64,000 nucleotides of DNA from Ramazzottius varieornatus (lineage: Eukaryota > Animalia > Tardigrada): assembly GCA_001949185.1 (NCBI GenBank), contig BDGG01000004.1:4373777-4437776 (forward strand). The letters are read 5' to 3'. This document shows, one piece after another, positions 1-12,362 of this stretch. The position numbers were made by a program, and so were the translations under genes. The number at the start of each line of letters is the position of its first letter. Position 1 is the first letter of the stretch. The notes under the pieces are model-generated. The model ran no database searches. It was not told the origin of the DNA and saw only the letters and a program-made list of their open reading frames with translations.

Positions 1-165
1 AGCGACATGGCGCTATACTTTCCCGAGACCGGTGGAGAGGACGAAATGGTGATGGATGGGATGGCAAACTTCTTGACGAATTTGCGCCGGCGGCGACGGA
101 AGAGTTGCGAGACCAGACTTCGCACCGCGCGGAGTCGCTTGAAGCTACCTACGAAACATAAATAG
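1..165 (+). CDS. Possible terminal exon fragment of a gene entering from outside the window
   Basis: Two frames are open from the window edge to stops at about 159-165, followed by more AT-rich sequence. No recognisable motif and the frame is ambiguous. Confidence 0.2.
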   Translation, partial: SDMALYFPETGGEDEMVMDGMANFLTNLRRRRRKSCETRLRTARSRLKLPTKHK

Positions 166-2669
166 ACCCTCGAATGTGACTGGGACTTTGATACAAATAT
201 TTATGACAAACACTGGTCGGTGTTATCTGTTGGCAGTTACTGTGGCGTGTTTTCTCAGCATCGATCTCGATCTTACCGGTTGAGCGGGGCAGCGATGACA
301 TCGTACGTTAGGATGTTATTGTAACTCTGCAAATAACAGACCGGTTGGAATCACGCTATACCCATCAGAGGGTCCAGAAGAACAACTTTCAAACTGTTAG
401 TTTAAGTGTAATGAATTCGTGCGTTCTCGATTAAATCCTCGGAAGGCCATCCAGGCGATGAAATCTTACACGCATACGCCACAGCTTACAAAACCGTTCG
501 GTGAGTATTTCAAATGATACTATGGGCGCGTTAATTTTAAGGAATAACTTTATTTGGAGCTATGATATAAGATCTGGGCCCAATTTGCCTGAAAGACTGC
601 AGCCAAGTTTCATCATCGTCGCGAACTCGGCTTTTCCGCGATCAATGTTTCATTCGATAATTCGATCAACCGTATAACGATAACAGGCCACTTACTGCTA
701 TAAGTCCCTTTCCTCTACTCGAGCTGAGGAGGTCTTGTAGCGAGCACCAACGCGGATTGTCTCTGAGGCTCGAGATTAGCTTCAGCGGCTAGTCCAGGAT
801 TTTCGAGGTTCGTTGGGCTATTCCGGAGGGTCTTGTCGGAAAACTGAGGGAACTTAACAAGGTACCACCGGCACGTTCATTACCGACACCCCAAATTGGC
901 GAGAAGCTGTCAAGCGGTACATAAACATGCATCCAGATCTGAAACAGACATGAACCAGTACTGAGTCCGCTAACGATCTAGCAAGAGCAGATTTGACTGC
1001 GACAGACAAAGTCAGTCCTCAAAGTTAGAGTGCAAGGTTTACCAGCGAACCATACGCGCCAACTTCATTCAAGTGGAGAGGGCGAGTCTTGTCTGTGGTA
1101 CCCCGACATCTGCAAACTGGAGATCAACTACGTCGACACACAGCTGGCCTTGAATAATACCAGCTCAATTTTCACCGCTCCTGCGAGTGTACCGTGACCA
1201 AGAATATCTGATGCGCGAAAAGCACAACAGACACTCCGCGAGAAACCCTCAGCCTCACTGTCTGCAAATGCAAACAACTGCTATAAAATGTAACTGGATG
1301 CGGATAAGTCTTGCATGCTAATCAGTACGAGAACCTTTGACAACGAAAATGTTAGCAAGCCAACTTACGCACAACAGATTGATTTACCTTACCTACGCTG
1401 TGACTGTGAGAGCAACATACCTTGGCCGATTATGTTCCTTCCGGTTGTCAGTCGATTTCCCACTTTCAAGAGCACGCTCTGTGAAAGAACATCTGTGCAG
1501 GGTACCGTATTAGCATCGTCGTTTGCAAAGATACGCAGGCTATCCACAAAATACACATCTAACGTTCAGAATTACATTCAAGGTGGGTCCTTGCAATATT
1601 AAATGGTCCGCGTTGCAGAAATGAAAGCATCGATCGTTTCAAGTTTCCACTATCTTGTAAACTCTGGATGGTTTTCTACTTCTGGTAGGATCGGATCGTG
1701 ATACCGAGTTGTTTTCTCAGAAGAATCAGCAAGGTAAGTTAATTCAGATGAAGGGTAGCGTGCGCAACACTTCAGTCCAGCAGAAAATGGATGGCGGACC
1801 GACCCTCATGAAATCTTCCAGTATGCGTAACTTCCTCACTCGTTTCCCGCTATTCGTTGAACGTCGCTTTGACGAGCTAGTTTGACGCTGCTAGTTTCCT
1901 CCACTGTGACAGAATGCTCCCACAGGTAGCAGCTCCGTCGCGATGCCGGCTTGCGGATGTGTCGCGGATCGCGGATCTCCTTGTCCGCTCTCTCAGTTCT
2001 CACAACAAATGCCTCGAATCACTGAGGATCCCCTTGAGCGGTTATGTTCAGAGTTAAGGGGTAGAACCCTTCCAGAACCGTCCCATATTTCTAGGCCCAC
2101 ACTTAAGGCTGGATGATAGAATCCAACAGACTGTGATCCAGTAGACCGTAATCCAGATTTCAGAAAGCGAGCAGGATGCAGGAAACACTAGTCTTTTCTT
2201 CATCATGGCGCATGACGTCATCATGGTTTGTTGCCATTTGGTGCCTCCCTTCAGGTCGTGGCTACCAATTGAAGGCCGCGAAGCGGGTGAATGCAATATC
2301 TCATTGGTAGAAAAAAAGGGGCCTCCTACTTGTTGTGGTTTCCCGAGTGATGCACCGTATGAGTCGTCACACGTACAAGTTAACAGGCGGGACAGGCTCG
2401 TACAAGTGCGCTTCATGCTTGTCAGTCCCGCCGTATTTGACATCAGCACGATCGTCTGCTTTGGCTTCGCTGGTCAGCCATTACAATTTCTTCTTCTCTT
2501 GCTTAAATCGTCCATTCCCGCTTCCTCTCCCAAGAGAAATAGAGATGGACTAGTGTTCGGTGTCGATCGAGGATCATTCTGGACACTTCCAAACGTGGAT
2601 GCCGGCCAGCCTGCCATTTCTCTACCACGTTCCAGCTAGGCCAAGCACGGATCAAGTCCAGGTGGAATA

Positions 2670-5600
2670 ATGCCCAGCCCTAGTCTCCTCACACCCACGC
2701 AGTATCACGGCCTTGACGCCATGGCATCCATGTCCAACGGTAAGTCCAGAGTCTAAACTACCCAGAATACGAAAGAGAACGGAGATTACCGTGAAGGTTG
2801 TGGGGGATGTTGCAGAGTACGATCGCGCGTTACAGCTGGCCTTGGAGCTCAGTCGCTTCAACCTTCAGTCCAACAATGACATGACCAACGGAAGTTCCTT
2901 GCTGCTTTCTGGATTGCGCTACCCGGGACCGTCTTCACCTACCTCGGCTGCAGCACTGTCCTTGAAACGCTCTCAGAACACAACGGAATGTGTGGTGGTC
3001 CCGACATCGGAACACGTAGCGGAAATCGTGGGGAAACAAGGTACGCTTCATTAAAGTTCATTTTGCAAAATGAGCAGATCTTCAACGAGAGATTTTTTTA
3101 TGGCTTTGGAAAGTGTTATAGTGTAAACAAAAGGCGGGAATGGATAACAGTAGACATAGATAGTACAGAAAGAAGACTGTAATCAGGCCCTAATCAACAA
3201 CTGATGGCGAACGGATAATGCTGTGACGCCTGTGCGAAATGTCTTTCCAACAGGGACGCCTGAGCTTGATGTCCTCTTTTTTCTCTCGTGACTGGTCTAG
3301 AACGATGCTAGATGGAGGAGCTGCAAGTGGGTTAATTTCCGCGACAAACTGTCAGGCAAATTTCAATTGCGCCCATTTCCGTCCAGGCTTCTTCCTCGTC
3401 AGACATTTAGAACACCACGTCGATTCTACCCTGCTGACGTAGAACTAAGCCCTTCCATCTTCCCAGACAGGGCATCGTCTCTAAGAATGAACCGGAAAAA
3501 TTGCAAGGAAACTCCAATGGTTGAATTTAAGGCTGGAGGACTTTACTTTCGAATGTAAAATAATTTTCTATATTATTTTCCAGGCTTTTTAAGAGGGCTA
3601 TTTTGACTCGCCTTCTTCCTTTGTTCACCTGGCCATGGACGACAAAGCTCGAATCAGAAAGGGCTTGTCCACTTCAGACGAGGCAGCACGGACATTGAGA
3701 AAATACTTCCCGAGGCTTTCGCAAAGTTATACAGCGACATTGGCTATGGAGCAGAAGAAGGACAGGGTCATTTGTGTTTGCTTAAGAAAGCTGCTGTGTA
3801 CAAACAAAGGAAACTACTTTCCCCGCATGTTTGCTTTTGCCTTGATCTTGAAATCGTTCGTGTAGGAAGATCGAGTACGGTACGGTACGGGTGTTTCGAG
3901 AAGCTTCAAGACCGGTTTCGCATGCATATAACCCTGTCATCACACAGAACTTGTTTAGATCTACGACGGATGGAAGGAAGAGGAGCGTGTGAGATATTCC
4001 ACCGTAAATTCAGCCAAGAGTTTGACCATGCAGCTGTAGCCCACTCTGAAGTGCAAATGCAATGTCGTCGCCACTCGATACTGGCACAGCAGTTAGCCAT
4101 CCGAGCAGAAGTAATATGCATCCCCGGATGACTAGCAAATTCAAGCCAGTTTAATGTCGAAGCGTGTTTTGGTGTCGAGAGGAGAGCTGCTTGTCTCGTG
4201 AATGTGGGTCAATCAATAATTTTCGTACCGTGTCGCATCTATACACAGAAATCTCCGTCACGCTACTGGAGCTTCCAGTAGCTTTTCTGTCAAGAATGAT
4301 GTTTAATCTGGCTTTATAGGATCAGACAAGCAAGGCTCGTCCCATTCCCCGAAGCTCTTGAAAGAAGCTGCGCGAGTGTAGTGGGAACATAAAGGGACGA
4401 AGGGAGCAAGTAGCACTCGACATAGTATCAGGTTTTGGGCGGGGAAACCTCCAAAAGGGAACAGTAGTAGGTTAACGGGGAGTAATCCAGGTACAGTCTG
4501 ACAGTCTGAGGGTCTTTCGTGACTGAGGGCTTGTTTGCCTGGGGAAATCGATCTTCGTCAAAATAGGCCGGTGTTGTGATAGAATACACACCTCGGGATA
4601 GGAAATAAGAGTATCTGTATATCTGTGGCCCATCAATATGGAGCAGTTGTCGATGGGAGGGAGGTGATTATCGGGTGCACGTTGCTCGTTTGTTAATTCA
4701 AGTGCGACCTCGCTCTGTATATTTTCCAGTCAATGCCGGGCCGGTATATACCGACGATAACAACACCGCGATATCTAGCATTCGCCTCTCGGTGATCAAG
4801 CGGTACAAAAAGCAAGGCAAAGTTGCTCTTGCCCGACTTACCAGTTTGTAGGCTCTTTGTCTTCCACTAAAGCATAATATTGGAAGGACCTCACAACTGA
4901 CGAGCAAAGCTTATACATAACCTTGGTAGGGAAGCGTAATTAAGCTACGGTAGCATCCTTGTAATGAGAGAGCCTCGACGTCGACTTACACACATTAAAA
5001 AGTGGTTTGCCCAACACCTCAGCTGGCAACTCTTCCGTATCGATTGTTGACAAACGTCAAACTGCTCTGACCTTAAGACACTCTCCGCTAGCTCTTGTTC
5101 ATATATACGCCTCGATGGATTTACGATGCTTTGTCTCTTTTATGACCTGCTAGCATCATAAATAATCGGGATTCAGGGCGCTTGCTGAAGGACCTTGGAG
5201 GGGAAAGAGGAGACGAGAGACCGGGAAGCACACCGTAAAGAGTTTTAATTTGTCCTGCTAGAGAAGCTTGGTCGATAATTATTCACGCATGAGAAGAGAT
5301 ATGGAGCAGAAAAATAAAGAAGGCCGCGGCTTCCATGCTGAAGGGCTTCGTGACCGATTTTATGGCGTAGACTGTATAATGCATTGGGAAAACGATGTGT
5401 TGTTAGTTTGCATGTATGGGATGTGTACTCATCCTAAAAGCTGCTAAAAGTGTATCCAAATATTGACTCTATACCGCAGTGCAGTTATATGCCGGACATG
5501 ATGGGTCAACTTGACCGTCAGGCCTTCCAAGTTCTAACGCGATATGAAAGTAGCTTTCGAGAAAATACGATCGATCACCAAATATCCAAATTAGTATTAT

Positions 5601-8078
5601 ACTAACAGAAATTCCACAGAATTTTTTAGAAATTCATTGTAGTTGTTTTACATGTAACGACAAACTCTAAGTACGGTATAAGATGCCACGCCCAAAGTTG
5701 GCGTAGAATATTTGGAGAGAAAAGGGTTATACAATTCTTGCTGAGTTCCATGTGGAACCCTTGTCTTGATTATTCCATCTCTTCCCAGGTTGCAAGATAA
5801 AGGCGTTACGGACAAAGACAAATACCTACGTGAAGACACCCGTGAGAGGGGAAGAGCCCGTCTTTGTCATCACGGGACGGAGTGAAGATGTGGAAATTGC
5901 CAAGGCTGAGATCATGCAAGCTGCGGAGCATTTCACACAGATTCGAGCCCAAAGAAGACTGCAGCCGCCACCTCATGTCCCCGGACAGGTGGGTCATCTG
6001 TAATTATGTATTTGCATGCCATAACGCCAAATCTGTCTTCCTTCAGCCAAATGGTAGGTTGACTCAATAGGGCCCAAGATTTGTCTAACCTCTCGTCGGT
6101 GTTGGTCAAGCGAAGAGCGTTGTTAGATATTGACTTGTGAGCATGTAATGAGAGCTACCCTCCATAAAAGTACGGCTCATTCATGGTCTTACCGCGTTCA
6201 TTAACAATTTGGAGACGGAATAGGTTTGTGTTAGAACAAGAGCTGCTGCACCTGTTCATCTTTCCCAGCGCAGCAGGGCTAAGACTTTCCTTTGTTCGTG
6301 AAGGAATGTGCAGTGTCTTTGTGGACACCGAAGGCCATATTTAAGTGATCTAGGACATGTTCAAGTGAGCTAGCTGACAGAATAATCTGATATTGTTCTG
6401 TCTCCTTCGGCTGGATGCCATGTCCAAGACTAGCCTGCCGTGGTGGGCGAACAAAGACTTATCTGAAAACCGCATTTGACCAGCGGTCAAGTGAGTTTCC
6501 TGTACCGCCCATCCTTGAGACATTTTTACTCTGAAATACAGGAAATGAAGCGAAGCATTCAATTTCACTTCATACCTTTTGCAAATTCGTACAAAATTGT
6601 TGATACTAGCAAAAACGTATGATGTTACTCCCGAAAAAAAGAAAAGAAGGACTCTTGTAAGGTTTCTTTGTTAGGGAGAACTCACCCCAAACAGCGGGGT
6701 TCCAGCTTGGCAAGAGACGCGACGCAAAGAGAAGCTTCTTTGTTCCAAACCAATGTTTTCTATATTTTTACTCATCGGGGCTTTAGTGGTGGGAACACAT
6801 TGAAAGAAGACCTCGTTCTAATTGGATTCTGTTCTGTGATCTTCTATCTGACTGTAATCAATTGTCATTTACAGATTACCATTCAGCTTCCAGTGCCATT
6901 GCGTCTGGTGGGATTGATTGTTGGACCAAAAGGCCAGACCATCAAGAAGGTGCAACAAGACACCGGCACCTACATCATTACACCAGGGCGCGATAAGGAT
7001 CCCATCTTTGAGATCACTGGCTGTCAAGAAGGTACGTCCATCAGCACTACCTCAAAGTGGCACTTGCACTGACGTGAAAGGGGAGTCCGGAAGGTCACTA
7101 AGATGTCTGTACTGTAGGCGTTGAGCGGGCTCGGGAGCTGATCGAGGACCATGTGCTGGCTCGCACAGGAAGCACGGTGGAGGAGCTCATCAGCCAGCAA
7201 AACGATCCGAATAGACAACGGTCGTCATCGCTGGACGATGGAATCCGTGGTATGGATATCTGGCGCGACTCGGAACGATCTTCCGGAAGTAGCATGGAAG
7301 ACTTCGGCGGCGGCTTTGGCAAAGCTGACAGTACGTTCATGATCGACATCAAAAATCGTAAATACTAGTAATTTAGAATTCAATGTTTGGTCATAAAAAA
7401 TGGTCGTTGGTCTCTTTGGTGTATGAAGCCCAAACTTTAACAATTGAATATTTTGCAGTGGCCAACTTTGACATTGGATGCTGGAACGTGACACGGGAAT
7501 CACCCACACCGGACAGTCAAAGCAGCAATGGCGGCGGAAGTCAGTTTTTCTCGCAGCCGAAGGTGCAACGAAGCTTTAGCCTGATGAACTCCAGTGGGGC
7601 CAGTGAGATATCGGTCTACATGGACAATCGACGAGCCCAGCGCCTGAACAGCGACCCGATGCCTGTCTTCGGTTCTTCGATTTGGAACATGGGTGGAGCG
7701 TTCGACAACGAGCCCGGAAACAATTCTTCCTTTGGCGGCAGCTACTTCGCGTCGAACTTCACCAACAGTTTCGCTGATATCTTCGGCAAATCGATCAATT
7801 CTACTGGTACGTAATCTCTTACATTTCTTCCTTGCCAAGTATCGGTGCCTGAGTTTACTTTCTTTCTAGGTGATTCTGTCGGTTCCAGTTCGCCAGCCGA
7901 ATCTGTTGTTAGCCAGAAAGCTAAGCGAGACTGTGCAGTGTGTCAGGAACAGGAAGTGGTGGCGGCACTGGTCCCGTGTGGCCACAATCACTTCTGCATG
8001 CCATGTGCTCGAACCCAGCAAGCGTGCCCAGTTTGCGGCGAGCCCGTGCAGACTGCCATTAGAATCCAGATGGATTGA
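2670..8078 (+). CDS. MEX3: MEX3-family RNA-binding E3 ligase (two KH domains + C-terminal RING)
   Basis: Exons 2670-2739, 2816-3040, 5789-5988, 6875-7031, 7118-7330, 7459-7806, 7870-8078, all GT-AG and phase-consistent. Motifs [11 protein letters not shown]; KH1 [20 protein letters not shown]|[29 protein letters not shown]; KH2 [43 protein letters not shown]; [34 protein letters not shown]. Confidence 0.96.
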
Positions 8079-8697
8079 GTAGTGGCCGAAGTTTTGTGGT
8101 GTCTCTCAGGAATGGTCGACCCGTTTGTTTCCCGTACATCATTAGAATACCCGTATACTATCTAGTTGGAGATGGTTTTCAGTTGAAGATCTGAGAATGT
8201 TGAGTTATTTCAAAACTTGTTTACAAGAGGAGTATCGTCGTTCGGAGGACCCTGAAACTACTCGAAAGACTTAACTGCGCACCTGAGCAATATCCATTGG
8301 CACCGAAAGACATTGCTCATTGCTGTATTGTTACGGAGTGATCATTGATACTTATCAACAGTTTTATAATTTGATTTTAATTTATCTCGTCCAGATTTCT
8401 GTAGTTTCGAGAGATATCAGTGATTCTTGCTGGTTGTTTCTTCACAGTTTACAAGATTTTGGATACCTGGGTGCACATTCTCCTTCGTTTATTTCCTTGT
8501 CTTTTATGATAGGCGTGATACTTCCTGCGAACCAAATATTTGGAAAAACGGATCTAATTGAGATGGACTACTGAAGTGAAGATTACTGGATGTTCGTTGG
8601 TATTTGGATGACTATTTCCTGTTTTTACCATAGTATTTTATAACCTCTGAACACATTTTTATTGGATAGCTTTTCTCGGATATTTGTATCTCGACTC

Positions 8698-8703
8698 AAT
8701 AAA
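8698..8703 (+). promoter_or_regulatory. Putative polyadenylation signal of MEX3
   Basis: AATAAA about 620 nt after the stop, at the end of a U-rich 3' UTR-like stretch. Confidence 0.55.
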
Positions 8704-9236
8704 ACTTCTTGCTGTACACGTAAGGGGTAGCTGCTTGCTCTCTCCTTGCTCTCTGTGTAATTTAAATTTTCAGCTTTAGGGACACGCTTCTGGAATACTG
8801 TAGATTTTGTGAAATCAAAATCGAGTATGACTGCTGAATATAGACACTGTTCGTCCGTCCTTCCTGCTTCTGCGGCGTTCTGCCAGACGCAGTGACGTCT
8901 TTAGTAATGGCAGACCGCGTGGTTCTTGATGAAACATCTGGGGCAAGTTGGGGCAACGGTGGCTTCTGACCGGCTCTTCGCTTGAAGTCCCCTTCACGAC
9001 GACCGGCGGTAACCACTTGAGCCCCCGGGGTTGATCCTTCCAAGCGTGAATTGCAGCGTTTGTAAGCAAGCGCCGGCGGGTGTTTGATCTCGTTATAGGC
9101 CTTTTCCTTTATTTGCAGATTTCCATCGTCGCGGAAGTCAACTAGGTTGGAGTGATCCTCTTCATCCCATCTACGTCCCTTAGAGTGAAAGAAGCCAGAA
9201 GCCAGATTTGGCAAAGCTGCAGAAGAACGTAGGATC

Positions 9237-11460
9237 ATGGTTACTCAAGATGAGGGGCCTGCTCCGAAGCGAGCTCGTCCCAGCTTGGATGCCGTTCCAA
9301 ATCCCACCGATCGAGCGTCATCTTCAAAGCCCGAGTTCGACCAAGAAATCGACTCCTTCATGGAACCTCTGGCAAAGATTCTGGAGAAGCACTCCAGACT
9401 GGGAGGTGAGCATGTGAACTCGCTTGAAAGTTGGAAATTATGAATATCTGGCTCTAGACGAGTAGTACGTCGACAAAATGCAGCTGTATATATTCGGTGT
9501 TTTGCAGACCGTCTGTTCTTCTTGTCCGACGACTTCATGACTGGATTGGGAGGTGATGCTGTGCTTTCCCTGCCAGCTAGTAGCCACCGCATCCAGGGAA
9601 TCGGCACATTGATGGGAGAGTAAGAATTCTTCGAGCGGTAGAATAATTTGTCATGTGTCAATTTATCTACAGGTACATGTCCTTGCAGGTACATCTTCCC
9701 GCTGTCTCCTCCTCAGAAGTTCCTCATCAACATAGCGCCCACAGGACAGCCCGCAAAGTGGAAGCTGGCTAGTTTACAAGAGACTGCTCGTACAGATAAG
9801 GAGATTCTTTATGTCAAACGGTCGCTGAAGAATCGAGTTTTGGTTAGTATTTCCAATAGTGACTTTCAAGTTGGGAGTAACTTTGTTACCAACATCGACA
9901 ATGCTCACTCTTCTCTGTCTCTTTCAGGCTCTACTGAAATACCAGAGTTCGTTCCTCTGTCAGGTCTCCGATGATCAGGTGATGGGAATTGCTGGTCAAC
10001 TGGAGGCAGCAGCGGGCGAGACGCGCGCGGTTGACGCTGCTCGTCCCGTCTACGCTGGAAACTCAAAAATAGCTTCCACGTCTTCCATGGTAGCGCAGTC
10101 GGTTCCCGAACCAGAAGCGCAAGAAAACCGTCCTCCGGCTCCTTCCAGTCCTGTTGCTTCTCGACCTGAGGTGGCGAATCGAGCGGAGAACATTCCTCGC
10201 GCGGAGGTGGCTGCACTCCCAAGGATGGAAGTCAAGGACAACAAAAGTAGGCAAATACTGCGAAGCTAAACTATAAAAGGCAAAGAACGTAAAGTAACAA
10301 TAAGCTGTCTTTGCTAGGTGCTGTGTTCCAGCTGGTGGCCCCTAACACACCTCCGACACGCCAGACTCCTGTGGCTCCCGTGGCTACTGTGGCTACTGTG
10401 GCACGTAAGAACTACCATAGTGGCAAAGCTGATCGGAGTACGCCAGTGCTGTATATAAGTTTCAGTCCTAGACTGGTGAAATATCAGTTTTTAAAACAGA
10501 TTCAGTTTTAGTCTCGGGACTAGACTGAATCAACAGTCCAGTCCCTCGGAGTGAGACTGAAACACAGACTGATTCGCCCAGGCAGAGACTCAAAGTAGAG
10601 CGAGAATGGACTGAAACTCCTATGTGGAGACTAAAACTGATTCGCGAAGGATATCAGTCGCAGTCTGGAAGACTCAAACTGAAATGTACGGGATATCAGT
10701 TTCAGTCTCTGGGACTAAAACTGATATCTCTGAAAGATTCGATTTTATCAGTCTAACTTTGACTCGTTTAGAAAGAGGCCTTAATTCAGTCCAGTCGGAC
10801 TGAACTGATATACTTCGGGGCTGAACTTTTAGCAGTCCGACGAGACTTGGGACTAAATGTGGGACTGAAACTGAGTATAGCATTGGATCAAGCATATGAC
10901 TTTGAAGATGCTTTCTCTTTTAGCACAACTGGTTCGTCTGGCTATGTTCCCGTGCGAAGAAAGTGGCCCGGGAAAGGTTAAGCTGGCCGGAAAGTATAAC
11001 GTATGGATTGACCAAGCGAAGCTGGAGCAAATTGAGTCGACGAATCATAGCGGAAAAGTCACCGTTAGAGGTTAGTAGATTTCCAGTAGGTACTGGAGGA
11101 TTCAGTTCGGAAAACGTATCAGTGCAATTCCCTGGCGACGTGTTTGAACCTTCTGAATTTGTAGCTTTGCTGAAGGAGCTACTGGCTCTTGAAACTGATG
11201 GTAGCACCGCGCTGTTGAGGAAAAGAAGCGCGAATGGAGGCGGTATTACCAATCTTGTGTCCACTGGGTTCAACAACGCCATGAAAGGTGAGTAACTTCG
11301 GTGGATGGCATTGTGGTACTGTGGACGGTCTGTAATACTTTGGTTCTTTCTGTCTCTGGCAGAGTACGTCAACGCCCACAAGTCGCAGCCCAGGTTCGCG
11401 GACCTCCGCACGGAGAATCTGGCAAAGTTCATGGGTAGCGTTGTAAATGGCTTCGCTTGA
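9237..11460 (+). CDS. Multi-exon gene encoding a protein with a probable C-terminal BEN domain (5' end uncertain)
   Basis: Phase-consistent exons 9237-9405, 9508-9619, 9689-9842, 9928-10246, 10318-10404, 10924-11070, 11165-11287, 11363-11460. The C-terminus KVKLAGKYNVWIDQAKLEQIESTNHSGKVTVRALLKELL...SANGGG...FNNAMKEYV...LAKFMGSVV has a BEN-like helical pattern and follows a Pro/Ala-rich linker. The domain call is by eye. Confidence 0.65.
10444..10885. mobile_element. Non-autonomous hAT-like element (MITE) in intron 10405-10923
   Basis: Imperfect TIRs CAGTGCTGTATATAAGTTTCAGTCC and GGGACTGAAACTGAGTATAGCATTG. The interior is packed with GACTGAAACTGA/TCAGTTTCAGTC-like motifs in both orientations. 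The flanks GAGTACGC/GATCAAGC (5/8 identical) fit a decayed 8-bp TSD. Confidence 0.7.
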
Positions 11461-12362
11461 TGGCTGAAGAAGGGCGAATAAGACCAACACAGGACGAAGA
11501 AGGATGTAGGTGTACTTTTATCTGGTTCGAGTTTACAGGATGTTCATGTAAGGCCTGAAACTACTAACTGGACTTTTGATTTGGCTGTTTTTGCCTTTTG
11601 AAACTTTACCATGTGTCCATTCTTACGATCTTATGTACTACTGAAATCAGAACTTCTTTTGTTGGTTATAGATAGTGATACTTTTCCCTGTTGATTTATC
11701 CAGCGGTAGCTGTAGTTTCGGCGATCTTTGTAGGGATCTTTCCTGGTAGTCTTCCTTAGTTTTCTGGGCAAATTACCGGCACTATAAGTTGCGTGTACAA
11801 GGTTTGAGGTCAGGCATCACGGTGTAGATCGTGTAGTCTCGTGTAGATGCTGTAACCGATAGCACAAAGTCACTGTGGTCGGTTAGTCGGCCGTCAAATT
11901 TTTCGTTATCACCCGAGTCTGCTCACTTCGGGCAGAGTCCATATATTCTGCTTCGGGCACTTTCTCGCCTGCCAGTAATATGACTGCCTCTTTCTTACCA
12001 GTCTGATCGATCATAATTCTCGTTCGGCCTCGCCTAACACTATCTCTGACACTACTCAGGCAAGTTCTCAAAGTAAGTTTCTTTGCCGATATTTTCGAAG
12101 CTGGAGGTGGTTCTGCCAGTGCTTTGTCAAGCGCTCCAAGGTACAAGTGGTCTTAGCTTTCATACATGACGTAACCTGTTTACTGGCTCTGTACTCTGTT
12201 CCACTACAGCAATCCAATTTCCTGTTCGATATTCCGACTTCTTCGCTGGATTTTTCGAGATCCAAGTTCTCCGGGGTAACCTTCATCCACCTAACACCTC
12301 CCGCGAACCAGGAAGACCTTCGAAATAACTCCCGCAGGCAAACTAAACAGTTTGCCGTAGGC

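Noticed and set aside
700-1500. Splice-site-like boundaries on the minus strand upstream of MEX3 suggesting a small gene
   Set aside because: All three frames of the candidate exon at about 1045-1262 contain stops and no motif is recognisable. It could be non-coding, but this is unsupported.
2054-2639. Overlapping 131-aa and 144-aa ORFs upstream of MEX3
   Set aside because: No domain signal; they lie in the probable MEX3 5' leader or intron and look like chance ORFs.
8079-8700. MEX-3 recognition element-like matches in the MEX3 3' UTR (autoregulation)
   Set aside because: The degenerate bipartite motif is expected by chance in a U/A-rich UTR; it cannot be supported without conservation data.
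10444-10885. CRISPR-like appearance of recurring short repeats
   Set aside because: The repeats are irregular, in both orientations and bounded by TIRs in a eukaryotic intron. There is no constant repeat-spacer period and no cas genes.
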